From assembly GCA_028534125.1 (NCBI GenBank), contig CM052818.1:10542001-10606000 (forward strand): DNA of 64,000 nt. Reading direction: 5' to 3'. Source of the DNA: Lama glama. Its lineage: Eukaryota. The notes under the pieces were generated by a model. It was not told the origin of the DNA and made no database searches. It was given only the letters and a program-made list of their open reading frames with translations. The translations under genes and the position numbers were made by a program. Of this stretch, positions 49,133-61,085 are shown piece by piece; position 1 is the first letter of the stretch, and every line of letters begins with the position of its first letter.

Positions 49133-51649
49133 GTGCTTCCCTATCTTTCTCCTGCCTGGTGTTTTAACAACTTTTCTTTATGTTTCTCTTTTTTTGTAAT
49201 CTTAATAATGATCTTGATGCTGGCCACTTTTGATGTCCCTGGCAATGCTTCCTCCACCCTCGAAAAAAAAAGGAAAGGACTCCTCTTTGGAGTTTTAATT
49301 GTTGCAGCTACTACAGACCAAGAGGCAGCATTTCCTTGAGTGGTGGAGTTTGGGGCAGGATGGAAAAAGAATGATCCCTCAGTCTCTAATCTGATCAATA
49401 AAGCTGCTGACTTCTGGGAGAGTCAGGAGGGTAGAGTCTGGGGAAGCAGACTTCCTCCTTGGCCTTAATACTACTCTCTCCTATGGGGAAACAGGACCCT
49501 TTTTCCTTTGTTATTAAGATGTTGAGGGTTATAGGGCCATCTGTTAGGAGGAGCTGAGCCACTCTTATCATTTGTTGAATATATGCCCAGTCTGGGCTTC
49601 TTACAAGTTGACAAGAAGACTAACAAATGTGGATGCTGTTTGCCATCCTCAGTTGAGTCATCTGCATTCAAAGCTGAGTTAAAGGTGATTTGGCTTTTGA
49701 TCTTTGTTTTGCCAGTTCCATGTATATTCCTTTCTGTGTCTTTTTCTCACTCTTACATTTAATTTCCAGTCCTTTCCCCCATTCTCTGCATTCTATACAA
49801 ATCCTAGGTCTCCAGCAGAACAGCCGCTTTTCATGTGAGCCGTGCTTGAGGATCAGTTGTTTCTGTCTGACCCGGGCGTGTGTTGTGTGGTAACACCGTT
49901 CAGAACTGAGTGCGAACACAGACTCGCGAGCCTCTTTGTCAGGATATGGACGTGCCCCACACGTCGGTACTGTTTAGTTATTAGGATCTGAAAACTTAAT
50001 CATACACTCTAAGAAAAGGCTGTGATAAAGAATTTTACTCCTGCATGTTCATCTAAGATTTAGACTTGACGTATTAACGCCAAATTTAAAATTGTGTCCT
50101 CTTCATTGCAATCCTCTGTAGTTACAAGATTCTAATAAATATTATGTCCTCCCATCATGCAATTAAAATTTTCCACCTCATTTCACAATGCAAAACATTC
50201 ACATGTTGTCAATCATTTTGAAACATGATTTTTTGACATCATATAATTTCACTTCATTTTTTCAGACAGACATCGCACCAGGAAATTATTTAAGAAAGAA
50301 TCCTATTATATCTTTATTTTTCCACCAAATTTCACCTTCAAATGCAGTCATTTGTGTACATTTCAGTAATTTCAACAATAAACTTGCAAGGAGAGGGGAT
50401 GGCAACTCCTTAGACAGACTTTCGCATATGGGTTTTGCCACTCTTACAAGGCTGCAGCTCGGTCGTGGGCACTCGGTTAGAAAACACGGTTTTAGCCACG
50501 GGAAGTTTACAAGTCTTGCTGCACAGAGTGAAAAGGTTGCTGCTTGAAACAGCTACCACCTGGGAAGCTATGAGAAAAACATGCGTATGCTTTTGAACTT
50601 TCCTCTGTTTAATAACTAGCAGACACTAATGATTTGCCAAACATCCTGATTTAAAATGGTGGTAGTCAAAAGCAAGGCTGCCTGCTGGTTGTCAGGTAGC
50701 CCACCTGTTCTCCAAACCAAAGTTCCCCTGACCTGTGCCCAACGCAAAGCTGTTATCCTTTAAACCACTGCTAGATGTGCGTGTATGCCTTGTTGGGTCT
50801 CTCACTAAGGTTCTGGTCTGCTGTCGTAGAGAAGCTTCCGACTGGAAGCTCCACATTGCCTTTTTTATGAAGGAAGATCCTTTGGGGGGTGATCTCATGC
50901 ACAGTCTTTGGGGAGGTAGGGTGGGAGCTGGGGTGGGAGAGAAGGGAGGAGGGCTCATCTGGTCTGAGCAGCATGGGACAGCTAATGGGAACATGTTGAC
51001 TAAGGGACACTGCTCAGTGCAGGATAGGATGAGTATATCCCTTCCTAGTGTTTTAAAACAGTGGGGTGGGCTTTTCAAAAGGGGTCAACCGTGTTTTTTG
51101 TGACTTGGTGTAGTTGTGAAAGGAAATGCACAGAAGAGCTAGTGGTTGAGAGTGGGGAAAATGTGAAGTAGGGAAATCTGTGGTCACTAGGAGGGTGAGC
51201 AAAGGTGTTTTTTGATGAAAACAAAGGGGCCTAAGGAGGCGAGAGGACACTCACTCCTTTGGTGTGACCTTAAGAAGAAAGGTGATTAGAAGAGTTCATT
51301 CGGGGCTAGTTTGGTTATAATTTATTAGCACAAAAAGTTAGTTAACACTCATTATATTCAAAATTGCACTGGGCTACAGTAGTGTTTCCAGCCGACTACA
51401 TCATGGCAAGTACACGGAGACTGAGCTCTTTCTTCATGTTCTATGACTCCCTATTTAATAAGATATTCTCGATTTATATAGATACTGTAATATAGGTATC
51501 AGTGAATATATCAGAGTGAGACATTAGATAGCACTGGAAGGAACTATTTTAAGATAGTTCTATCTAATACTGAGTATTATATTAAAATGATTGCATTTAG
51601 GATTTTATTAATGATTAACTGTGAACATATTTGGTATGGAGTAAGATTC

Positions 51650-51825
51650 CATGGCACATTTTTTTTAATACCCACTATGTACTACACTTAACAAATATTG
51701 TGTCATTTAAATCTCACACCAACCAAACAGAGTTGGTATTATTATCTCTTTTTTCCTGATATGAGATCTAAGACTCATATAAAGTCACATGGCTATTAAA
51801 GTGGCAGAGCTCAGAATGAAATCTC
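51650..51825 (-). mobile_element. MIR SINE
   Basis: 'tgtcatttaaatctcacaccaacc...ggtattattatctc...aagtcacatggctattaaagtggcagagctcaga'. Confidence 0.75.
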
Positions 51826-52469
51826 CCATACCCTAAATGTTTGTTCAATGAATGTTGACTATTAAATCCATACCATATTCACTTACAGATATTCGTACAT
51901 GCTTATTCATTAATTACACCCATATATATCAGAATACCCATCTGTTTTTTGATGGGATGGTTAATAAATTAGAAGAAGGTCCTTTATGATAGGCAAGAAC
52001 ATGCCTCTCTGATCTTTCTTCTAAGTAAAGGCCTTTGTAATGTTCTTTTAGCCCCAATCCAGAGGGGTAGTCTCCAGGGACCAGGGGATACTTAACTTTG
52101 TTCTCTAAAGCCAATTGTGCTACAAATGAAGATGGCAATTAGTATTCATGATCCTTGGTGATTTTTATCTCCTTCTCTGGGTTGACACAGTGCTTATCAC
52201 TGTACCTAAGTGCATTGACATGCTTGCTAACTTCCCAAGAAACAATGCTGGGAAGAGAATAGCTCCTTTCTCCATGCTGTTCATTGCTGAGCTCACAGAT
52301 TATCATTTAATTTTTTTCACTGTTGCAAGACCTTCATCATCTGAACTGTTATGTTGTTCACACTTGCCTGGTATCAATGTAGTGAAATTCTTATGTAATG
52401 GTGAGCAGCCCTTTGAATCACAGTGTGATATATTGAAATATATGTCATGATGTGTCTACATACAACTTA

Positions 52470-53052
52470 CTATTTGTTTTAGGAATTATGTGGTACTATG
52501 TGGTACTATGTGGTACAAGGAAGAGAATCTACTTAAATAAGCTTAAGAAAGTAGGTGTTTTTAATAGACTTCATAGGCATCTCATGAAACCCATAGGCAC
52601 TAACAGAGCTTTGCTTACAGAAATGGGGGCAGAAATAGGCATCTCCTCTCTCCTCTCTCTCATTCCATTATCTTTCTTCTCTACGTCTCTTTGCTTCTAT
52701 GCTTTACTTTCAGCTCTGATGGCCAGCTTCTCTGTTTACACATCTGCTTACACAAGGCCCGTTGTGGCTGCCTTCAACTGTGGAGCTCACATTTGCCACA
52801 TCAAAGTAATGCAGAGCCCAGTTTCCCTATTTCCAGTTCCTGGGAGAAGGAATCTGCTGCACTGCAGGTCACGTGTCTACTCCTAGTCCAAACAGATGTG
52901 ATAGGGGATGGTGGCTGGAGAGGAGAGGTCCTGCATGCCAGGCTTCTTTCAGGACACTGGGCAGAACTCCTGTGAAACGGGTTAGGAGGAGAGGGGTTTG
53001 TCTCTCTAGAATCAAGTATAGTGAGGATTGTCTGTGGGGGAATAAAGTACAT
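52470..53052 (-). mobile_element. Old ERVL-MaLR LTR (MLT1K/L/N-like)
   Basis: 'acaaggaagagaatctacttaaataagcttaag', 'cctgggagaaggaatctg...ggtcacgtgtctactcctagtccaa' resemble antisense old MLT1 LTRs. It contains (TATGTGGTAC)x3 at 52487-52516. Confidence 0.55.
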
Positions 53053-54409
53053 TGGTGGATTTTTAAGTCACTATACTTGAGAGAGAGAAACAAAATTCCA
53101 TGCAGAAAACGAAACTATGGGCATTTTTAGAAAGAAGTGCTTCTGCAGAGCACCAGGGGAACAGAAGTACCTGATCTTAGATCTGAGGTCAAGAATCTCC
53201 ATTCTTGCTGGACTGAAATTGCATAATGCAGTTTCGGAGGTTCCATTTCTGTTTCTACATACAAAGCCATTCGTTGGAATTCAGGGAAAAGAGAAAGTTG
53301 AATTCAGCCAATATTCTTTCCTATCCTCACCCCTAGAATACACTGGAGAGCCACCTTTCTCTACTCCAATCCATGTGAATTTTATATGCAGACACAGTCA
53401 CCAGCAGGTATTGTTGGCTTTGTGTGCATGGCCCCACAAGTCTTGGAGGCCCTTGAAAAGTTCAGTTAGCTCTTCAGATATTTCTGTCATGCTGTTTGTA
53501 GATCATAATCGGGATTTCTAACAACCCTGAGTGGATGTCTGATTTGTAGAGGAAAGGTTAAATTATAATCAGTTCTCAGGGATAGTTTGATTGGGGGCCA
53601 GTTTCTTTCATGCCTTGGAGCTCCCCCCTTCTCCTCCTAGCAGCCCCATCATGGTCTGGATATATATGACTTCACTCAGTTCAGTTGCTGTTTCTCCATC
53701 CTTGAGTTGTACCCAAATAGCCAGTTCCCTCTTACGAGATGAAAACATCTATGTTTGAATAGACTGAGACGTCAAGTTTCTTCCTTTCATGCTAAAATTC
53801 CAAGAAGAATTGTTATGCCATCAAAGAATGACCAATATGGTCTATTAGATAAGAAGTCTGATCTCACTTCTAATACCCTATTTGCATATTTCCTTTTCCA
53901 AAGAGTGCGTTCCCCATAGGTTTCTGGCCCAGAAGTATGTGGCTGATGGTTTATGAGGGACTAATTTCTTTCCAAAAATGCTTTACTCTCCAGTTTGAGA
54001 CGGACATGCCTACAGGAGCTTGAAGTACTGTGTTGTGTTTGTATTGAATGGAGGGTTCTAGCACAAAACCCCTTTGTGTTTTCCCTATCTTCTGAAAACT
54101 GCTTAAGAGCATTAAATTTTGTCCCTGCAGCTTCAGTCCTTGGCCTCTCTACGGGACCTAAACTTGGAGTGATGCTGAAAGGTCACTGTATCCATGCAAA
54201 CTATCAAATTGCTCCACTAGGTGAAATATAAAAATGTAACGAACCCATGCTTGAAAGTAACCATGCAACAAGCGAATCACTTGAAAGAGCCTCAGGCTTC
54301 CGTTTGCTTGTGCTGTGAAGGCTTGTTGGGCATGGACAACAGAAACCAATAGCCCTGAGTCCCTGCCCCTTTCAGGGCCATGTGTGTAACAATGAAGAGA
54401 GAAACATTT

Positions 54410-54635
54410 TAAAGTAAGCTGTTTACTGGACCCTGTTCTGAATGCTTCACCTGGACCATTTCATTTCTTAATTCTAAAAATCACCTTTCGAAGTAGGAAT
54501 CTTCATTATTCCAATTTTACAGATGAATAAACTGAGGTTGAGTAACTTGCCTAGAATCACAGAGCATGGGTTAGGATTTTGAACTCAGTGTGAGTCCAGA
54601 CTCTGTGTTGGTAATCACTACGTTATATTGCCTTC
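54410..54635 (-). mobile_element. MIR SINE
   Basis: 'ccaattttacagatgaataaactgaggttgagtaacttgcctagaatcacag'. Confidence 0.85.
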
Positions 54636-54844
54636 TGAATACAAATCCACACAGTCAGTTGTAATGTGAGAACTTCAAGGGCATGGCTGAGGGGCCCTGC
54701 ACTTGTGGTCATTCCCTTCTCCTCACACCTAAATTCTCTTCCTCAGACCTCAAACCTAACAATGCTTCCCAAACCATCTACTACTGTGGGGTTTTGAAGA
54801 TAAGGGAAAAAAGAGAGTGAAACAAGATCAAGAAGAGAAGAAAA

Positions 54845-55192
54845 AGCGAGGAGGAGTTGGGGTGGAGATGGATGACTAGGAGAAGCACAGAGGATTTTTA
54901 GAGCAGTGAAAGTCCTGTATGATACTGTAGTGGTGGATGCATGTGAGTGTACATGTCTCCAGACCCACACAGTGTATAATGCTAAGAGTGAACCCTAAGG
55001 TAAGCTGTGAACTTTGAGAGGTTATGATGTGTCATAGGGTCATCCGTTGTACCAATGTATCACTCTGATGGGGGATGTTGATTATGGAGGAGGCTATGCC
55101 TGTGTGACGGCAGGGAGATATGGGAAATCTGTGCCTTCCACCTAATTTTGCTGTGAATCTGAAGCTACTTTTAAAAAATAAAGTATTTAAAA
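54845..55192 (+). mobile_element. L1MC1-like 3' end
   Basis: 'agcacagaggatttttagagcagtgaaa...aagagtgaaccctaa...ctctgatgggggatgttgat...atatgggaaatct...ttttgctgtgaatct...aaataaagt'. Confidence 0.9.
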
Positions 55193-55784
55193 GAAGCTCA
55201 GAGGAGAATGTGGGAGGAGTGCTAAGAAGCTTGTTTATGATCCTTTGAAGAAGGCAAGTGGAAGAGAAGGGGCACTGCTTAGAAATGCTCCCTGTTTGGA
55301 AATGCTTATCTGATTTTAGTGGATTCTATCTCTACTAAAGAGGCCTCAAAGATGACAAAAAACAGGCCATCAGAGAACCCGCACTAGGAAAGGCTGAAGG
55401 AAGGGCACTTCCGGGTGTGGCAGGATAAACTTGGCATCGGAGTTTCTCTGGATGTGGCTGCATTCAGTGAGTTATCCCCACTGGTGCAGAGTCTGGCTGA
55501 CAGGGAGGAATCAGGAATCAGAAGGCTCCAGGTCCATCTTTCCCTCTCCAAACAAGACCACTGGTTCTGTGGCAGGGCGGAAGTCAGGGCAGGGCCTTGT
55601 CACTGAGAGTTTTCATGGGAGCACTTAAGTAAAACCTAACAGCATTATCAGAAAGTGAATAGATGGGTAGTCTAACCATAAGCCCCTTCCCCTGTGGCCT
55701 GTGTGGTACCTATCAAATTATGGCAGGCGAGCACCCAGTAGGAACCCTTGCCTGCACCCACTCGCTTCCTGTCCACCCCCTTAG

Positions 55785-55950
55785 TCCTCGTTATCGCTGA
55801 ACACACTGTATATTTTACTTATTTGAGTTATTTACTTCCTAGCTTCTTCCTCTGTGGAGTGTAAGTTCCACAGAGGCAGTGGTTTTGAATATTTGGATCA
55901 TATCTGACAGGCTTTCTTGGGTGCTCAGTAACTGCTGCAGAAGGAATGAA
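55785..55950 (+). mobile_element. L2 3' end
   Basis: 'ggagtgtaagttccacagaggcag...gggtgctcagtaactgctgcagaaggaatgaat'. Confidence 0.65.
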
Positions 55951-56554
55951 TCCTTTTGTTGGACATCTATTAGGACAGTCTGGCCGAGAGACTGTGCCTT
56001 TGCTGCTGTTCTGTTCACAAGAGTCGTTCTGTCTCCCTCTCATTGTCTCAAGTCCCAGCTTTGTGGCCAGGTGACTGGCTGAATAGGTTTTTCTTTTTGG
56101 TCTGGGATTTCTCTCTCTTTTTATCTATCCTCGGTATTGTCTTCCATCCAATGTTGCCCACTGTCATTTGGAGCAAGTTTCTCTGTTTCTCTGTCTCTCT
56201 CTCTCTCCACAAAATCTTTATGCTAAGCCATGAGGTAATGTGACAAAGATGAGGATGACAGCCTAGGGTAGACAAGGTGATTGCAGTTTATCCCCGAGAG
56301 AGGTGGTTGGAGAGCGTACTGGTGTCATGAAGGCAGACCCAAGGGGATGCAACGATCCTGCTCTAGGTCCATAGGACTAAGTTATCCAGACAGAGAAAGA
56401 AACATTAGCCAACATTCACACTGGGTTGTGAGTCAGTAGTTTGCTAGTATCAAACCATCAAGATAAAATGGTTTGCCTTTTGTGGGAAAGAAGATTTCAA
56501 AATTTCCATTGATAGACTTTCCTGGACAACTACTGTGTATATGTGTGTATTTAT

Positions 56555-56810
56555 TTATTCAACAAACACTACTATAATGCTTATTTTGTTCCAGGCACTT
56601 GTCTAAGTGTTTCAAGAATAAATATTAAGTTATCCAATAGTGAGTAGTATTGTTATCACCTTCCCTCCCCCCATTTTATAGATGAAGAAACAGACGCAAG
56701 AGGAAGTTAAATAACTTGCTTGAGACTGAGAGGTAATCATGGCAGAGCTGAAAATCATACCTGTGTACCCAGATCTGCCGCTAGAGTCAATACTTTTAAC
56801 TACTAACTAG
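56555..56810 (-). mobile_element. MIR SINE (with possible L2 tail at its left)
   Basis: 'ccattttatagatgaagaaacagacgc...gttaaataacttgc...ggcagagctg'. Confidence 0.75.
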
Positions 56811-56994
56811 GTTACTTATTCAGTATTTACTGATGCTTTAAAAATATTGGTTATGGTCTCATTTACAATCTATAATTCTCTAGATCTTTACAAAGGAGAT
56901 GACAAAAACCCGCAGTAGAAGAGGCAGCTATTTTAACTTCAAAGAAAAGAAATTTCCTGATCTGATTTGTTTTGTTTTAACACACTGATTATCT

Positions 56995-57095
56995 AGTGTA
57001 TATCTGCACACATATATATTAAATATATATAAATATACATAGATCAGAATATATACATGTATATACATATATATTCAAATGTTACATGAATATAT
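56995..57095. repeat. TA-rich low-complexity tract
   Basis: Degenerate (TA)n/(TATACA)n. Confidence 0.8.
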
Positions 57096-60000
57096 TTTGC
57101 CTGATCCATACAGAGCTTCATCAGTATTTCTTCTTTATTCTCTTTTATGCCAGCAGCTTTCTTTATGCATTTCCATTTTCCACATTTTTCAGACTGATTG
57201 GATTAGGTTGCATACACTTCTCCTGAAATATTAAGTGCATACAGTCCGCATCCACACGCATTGGGTCTATAGTTATGATCTATCATTTCAAAAACCCACA
57301 TGGTAAAAAAGAGCAGAACAGGCCTTGAGTGCTGTGAAGTATGAGGTCCAAAGAACCCCCCGCCATTCATCTTCTCACTAATGCAGGGACTAACAAGACC
57401 CCAGAGTTCCTGTCTCATTGGCAGCTCCTTTGTCCTAAAACCGCACGCACACACACACGCACGCGCGTGCACGCAGGTGCATACCCGCACTCACCCGCTC
57501 ACACCCACTCTGTATATCTAAGAGAATTCATCTGTTTCATAATGAGTAAGTTACTGCATAGTCAGGTAGGAGAAGGACACCTAACTAGTGTGCCTTTACT
57601 GAGATTTTTTTAAAGGGCATGTGGTATCAGCACAAGTGTCAATCCAGATTGTTGAACTCTGTGTCCAGGACGATTTGGGGGAAAACTAGACACAGAAATG
57701 GTCGGGCAAGACATCGTTTTTAACTTTTAATCACCTCCACCTGATGTTGTCTTTCTCCCTTCATACTGTTTCTTCCATATGACCTTTATCATTAAATATT
57801 CCCAGCATCTCAGGATGCCACTGCTGGATCTCCCCCCACCTTTATTTTTCCCTCTCATGGCTTAAAAACTAGGATAAGGCAGCCTTCTCATTTGACTTAT
57901 GGAAATTGGTCTTATCGCTTTGGAATCAAGCCATATTTGTTGCAATATAATTTCCTGACTGGTGGTGTCTCATTATGCTATCTTCTCGGACACCCCCATG
58001 CCTGTGCTGGGTCCACAAATTCATTTTTTCTCTCTTATATCCCAGTGGAGTTCTGCTTGATACAAGCTCATACCTCTGAGGATATATTCACTTTAATTCT
58101 GTCTCCTTTGGAAGTCCACTGTTCAAAACTTCCGAGTCCTTGTCCTTTGCCTTGTGAGATTTCATGACTTGCCTAAGGTTGGGTCTACAAGTAGAACAAA
58201 ACTACTGAGCCCTTCAATATGTTTTTAGATAAGTTCCTTGAGAAAAAAAAATCAATTTGATTGAATTAGTTTGCTCAAATGGAAAAACCTTGTGTCCTGT
58301 GTAGACGTGGTGTTATTCACTGGGTATTTCAGTCACTAGTTATTTATGCCTGTAAAGTCTACAAAGCCCAAGGTCAGTCATCGTTGTCTATACAACTCCC
58401 CAATAAGGATACTCTTGTATACACACATCCCGACGGTCAGCGTCATGGACCAAACATCCTGATTATTTTGTGCATTTTTCGCAGTTCAGCTGAATGTTTT
58501 GGCTCCATGTAGACACAGGTTACAAAGTGCTTCCCCGTAGATATCCCTTTGAATCTGCTTTATTGATGTAGAACAAAGTTTCAAATGCTCACAGGTTTTA
58601 ATTTAAAAAAGAAAAGCTGATGAATATTGAATCTCATTCTTCAGTGAAGGCAAAAAGCCTGGTATGTATATATAAAAAGCTACTGCCCTCTGATTGTCAA
58701 AGTTTACTTCTTTCTTTTCTGATTCTTCTTTGTATTGTTTTACAATCTAGGTATATCTGTTTAACATGAAATGCAGAAAATGACAGGGCTCAGACAGCTA
58801 CTGCATCCAGTGACAAAGATTACTGTCATCCTGGCTCATCAGTTAATTCATCATTGGCAATGGTCCATTCCATTTCCTGGTAGCCTAGCAACAGCCAATG
58901 ATGGGGAGGGCTGTTTGCCATGTGACAATGGTATGTGGTACTTTCCAGAATGCTTTTACATAAAAATAGGATGATAATTTATAAATTTACATTTTTATTT
59001 TAATAAATGGGAATATTTGGTTTTAGGGGTTGACATTCAAAAGGGAGACAATTTTATTTTGCAGACCATGACTTTAAAGTGCTGGACTAGTGACTTGATA
59101 ACAGAAATGGAGCTATCAATTTCACACATAAACAGGGTTTAAAGTTGAGCCTGTGAATGCCTTACTTTACCTCAGAATGAATGATATTCCTCCATAGAAT
59201 AACTATAAAAAATAATATAATTAAATGAGAGCTGCTGTTGTATCAGTGCATGTACACACATATACACACATACACACATGACACAGGATTCTGAGTGTGA
59301 ACTTTGCCTCCTAATTTTCTTTATCACTGGATAGAAAAAAAGCAAAGAGATCCATGAGCAGTAACAATTATTGCTGTCCTCAATATTAAAAAGAAATCTT
59401 TCAGTTTCTCACAATCCTCCTAACCCTCTATTGATGATTCATGGTTCGGCAACTCATTTGAAAAATCTGCTCATTTGTTTTCGCTGATTGAATTCCCTGA
59501 TTGTTAGTGTGTATAAATGTGTTAGCTACTTTTGAAGCTATTTTCTGTTAAAGAATTGATAGAAAATCCTATTTAAATGTCATAATGCTTTTTCTCTTGT
59601 TGTGACAGTATCATTGAATAAATACTTTTATTTTAGTGCTATAGTTAAGAAAATCTATAATCACCTCCTCATAAATCTTTTTTTTTAAATCTATATTTAG
59701 CCCCATCTGCAGAGACAGGAGTGGAAAATAGGCGACTACCTGAGACATGAATTCCGTTAAATATTAAAGGGATCTCATCAATGATTTTATTAGTCTCCGA
59801 GCTCAGTAAAGGCCTCACTGACATCTAAAGCCTAATGATTTTTTTAAATATATTTAAAGCCTTGCACTGCACCTTTAAATATTGAACAATATTGAAAAAT
59901 ATTGAAGCCCTTTTTTTGTATATTAGCTTTAGGCAGAACTGTTGTATGATTTCCACTCCTTTCATGACATTGTAATGATGTTACCACATACAACTTTATC

Positions 60001-61016
60001 TTGCATGAAAAGGTGAAGTCATGAGTGATTTCTCCAATTTAAAAGCACTCAACCCTCACAGTGCTAGAAATGAATATTTTGCATATATTCATGCAACAAT
60101 GATTCAATTTAAGATTTCTATTTTCAAACATTGCTTGAAACCTTCACTATGTTAGTAGTAAAATTGCCAAAATGTGTAATAAGATTTATTATAGATGAGT
60201 AGCATTTTATTTAGTATTTCATGTTAACACGCTTTTAGGGTTACCTGGTTTAGCAGAAGGATTCATCTTTCTTTTCTAATCAGAGATAACATTTTATTGT
60301 ATTTTAAAAAATACTCTTCCCGTACACATATATATTGTGGCACAAACTGAATTTTCTCTTGCTGGCAACACAAACCCAAACATTGCTCACGTCAGAGCTC
60401 AGTGTACTCTCACACAAAGCTGCTCCAATCTAAAAAAAAAAAAAAAGCCGATTTCCATTTCTCCTTTGTAATCCCTGTCCCTTCTCTCAAGTAGCTGTCA
60501 AACCCTTTTGCTATACATCCTCGAAATGGGTTCAGAATTTTGCTGCAGACTTTTCCCCTTTGAAACAATCTTGTTATACTCTTGTTTATACTGTGTAGAG
60601 GCTTCATGCTGTAGCAGCATAAAAACACAACATCACAAGTTTCCTAGAAGCCACGGCATATGTTACAGGCACAGAAAGTATAGGTTGGCGGGAGCTCTTA
60701 ATTGGGGGGCTGTTTCTGAAAGAGGCTTGCACAGATGGAGGAAGAGATGTATCTAAAGGTGGTTACCGATGGGCTTATATGGGAGATAGTTGAAGTATGT
60801 AACCATTTCATGACTGTACCTGTGATTATCACAGGGAAGGCATGAAAAGATAATAAACTCTTACTATTTTTGTATTCATTATGCATCTTTAGGCCCTAAG
60901 TCTTCTTTCCATCCCAGATTTTGAATCATTTCAGCAGGGAAAGAGAGAGTCTTCCACAGGCCCATTTTGTAAGGCAATATAACAATGCTCTTCCTCCCAA
61001 AGGTGTATTTATAAAG

Positions 61017-61020
61017 CACA

Positions 61021-61064
<44 letters not shown>

Positions 61065-61085
61065 TGGATACACACTCATACACAT
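61017..61085. repeat. (CA)n microsatellite
   Basis: Long pure CA run from about 61023 followed by degenerate CA. Confidence 0.95.

Noticed and set aside
52487..52516. (TATGTGGTAC)x3 and other short direct repeats as a CRISPR-like array
   Set aside because: Head-to-tail 10-mers with no spacers, in mammalian DNA; simple slippage repeats.
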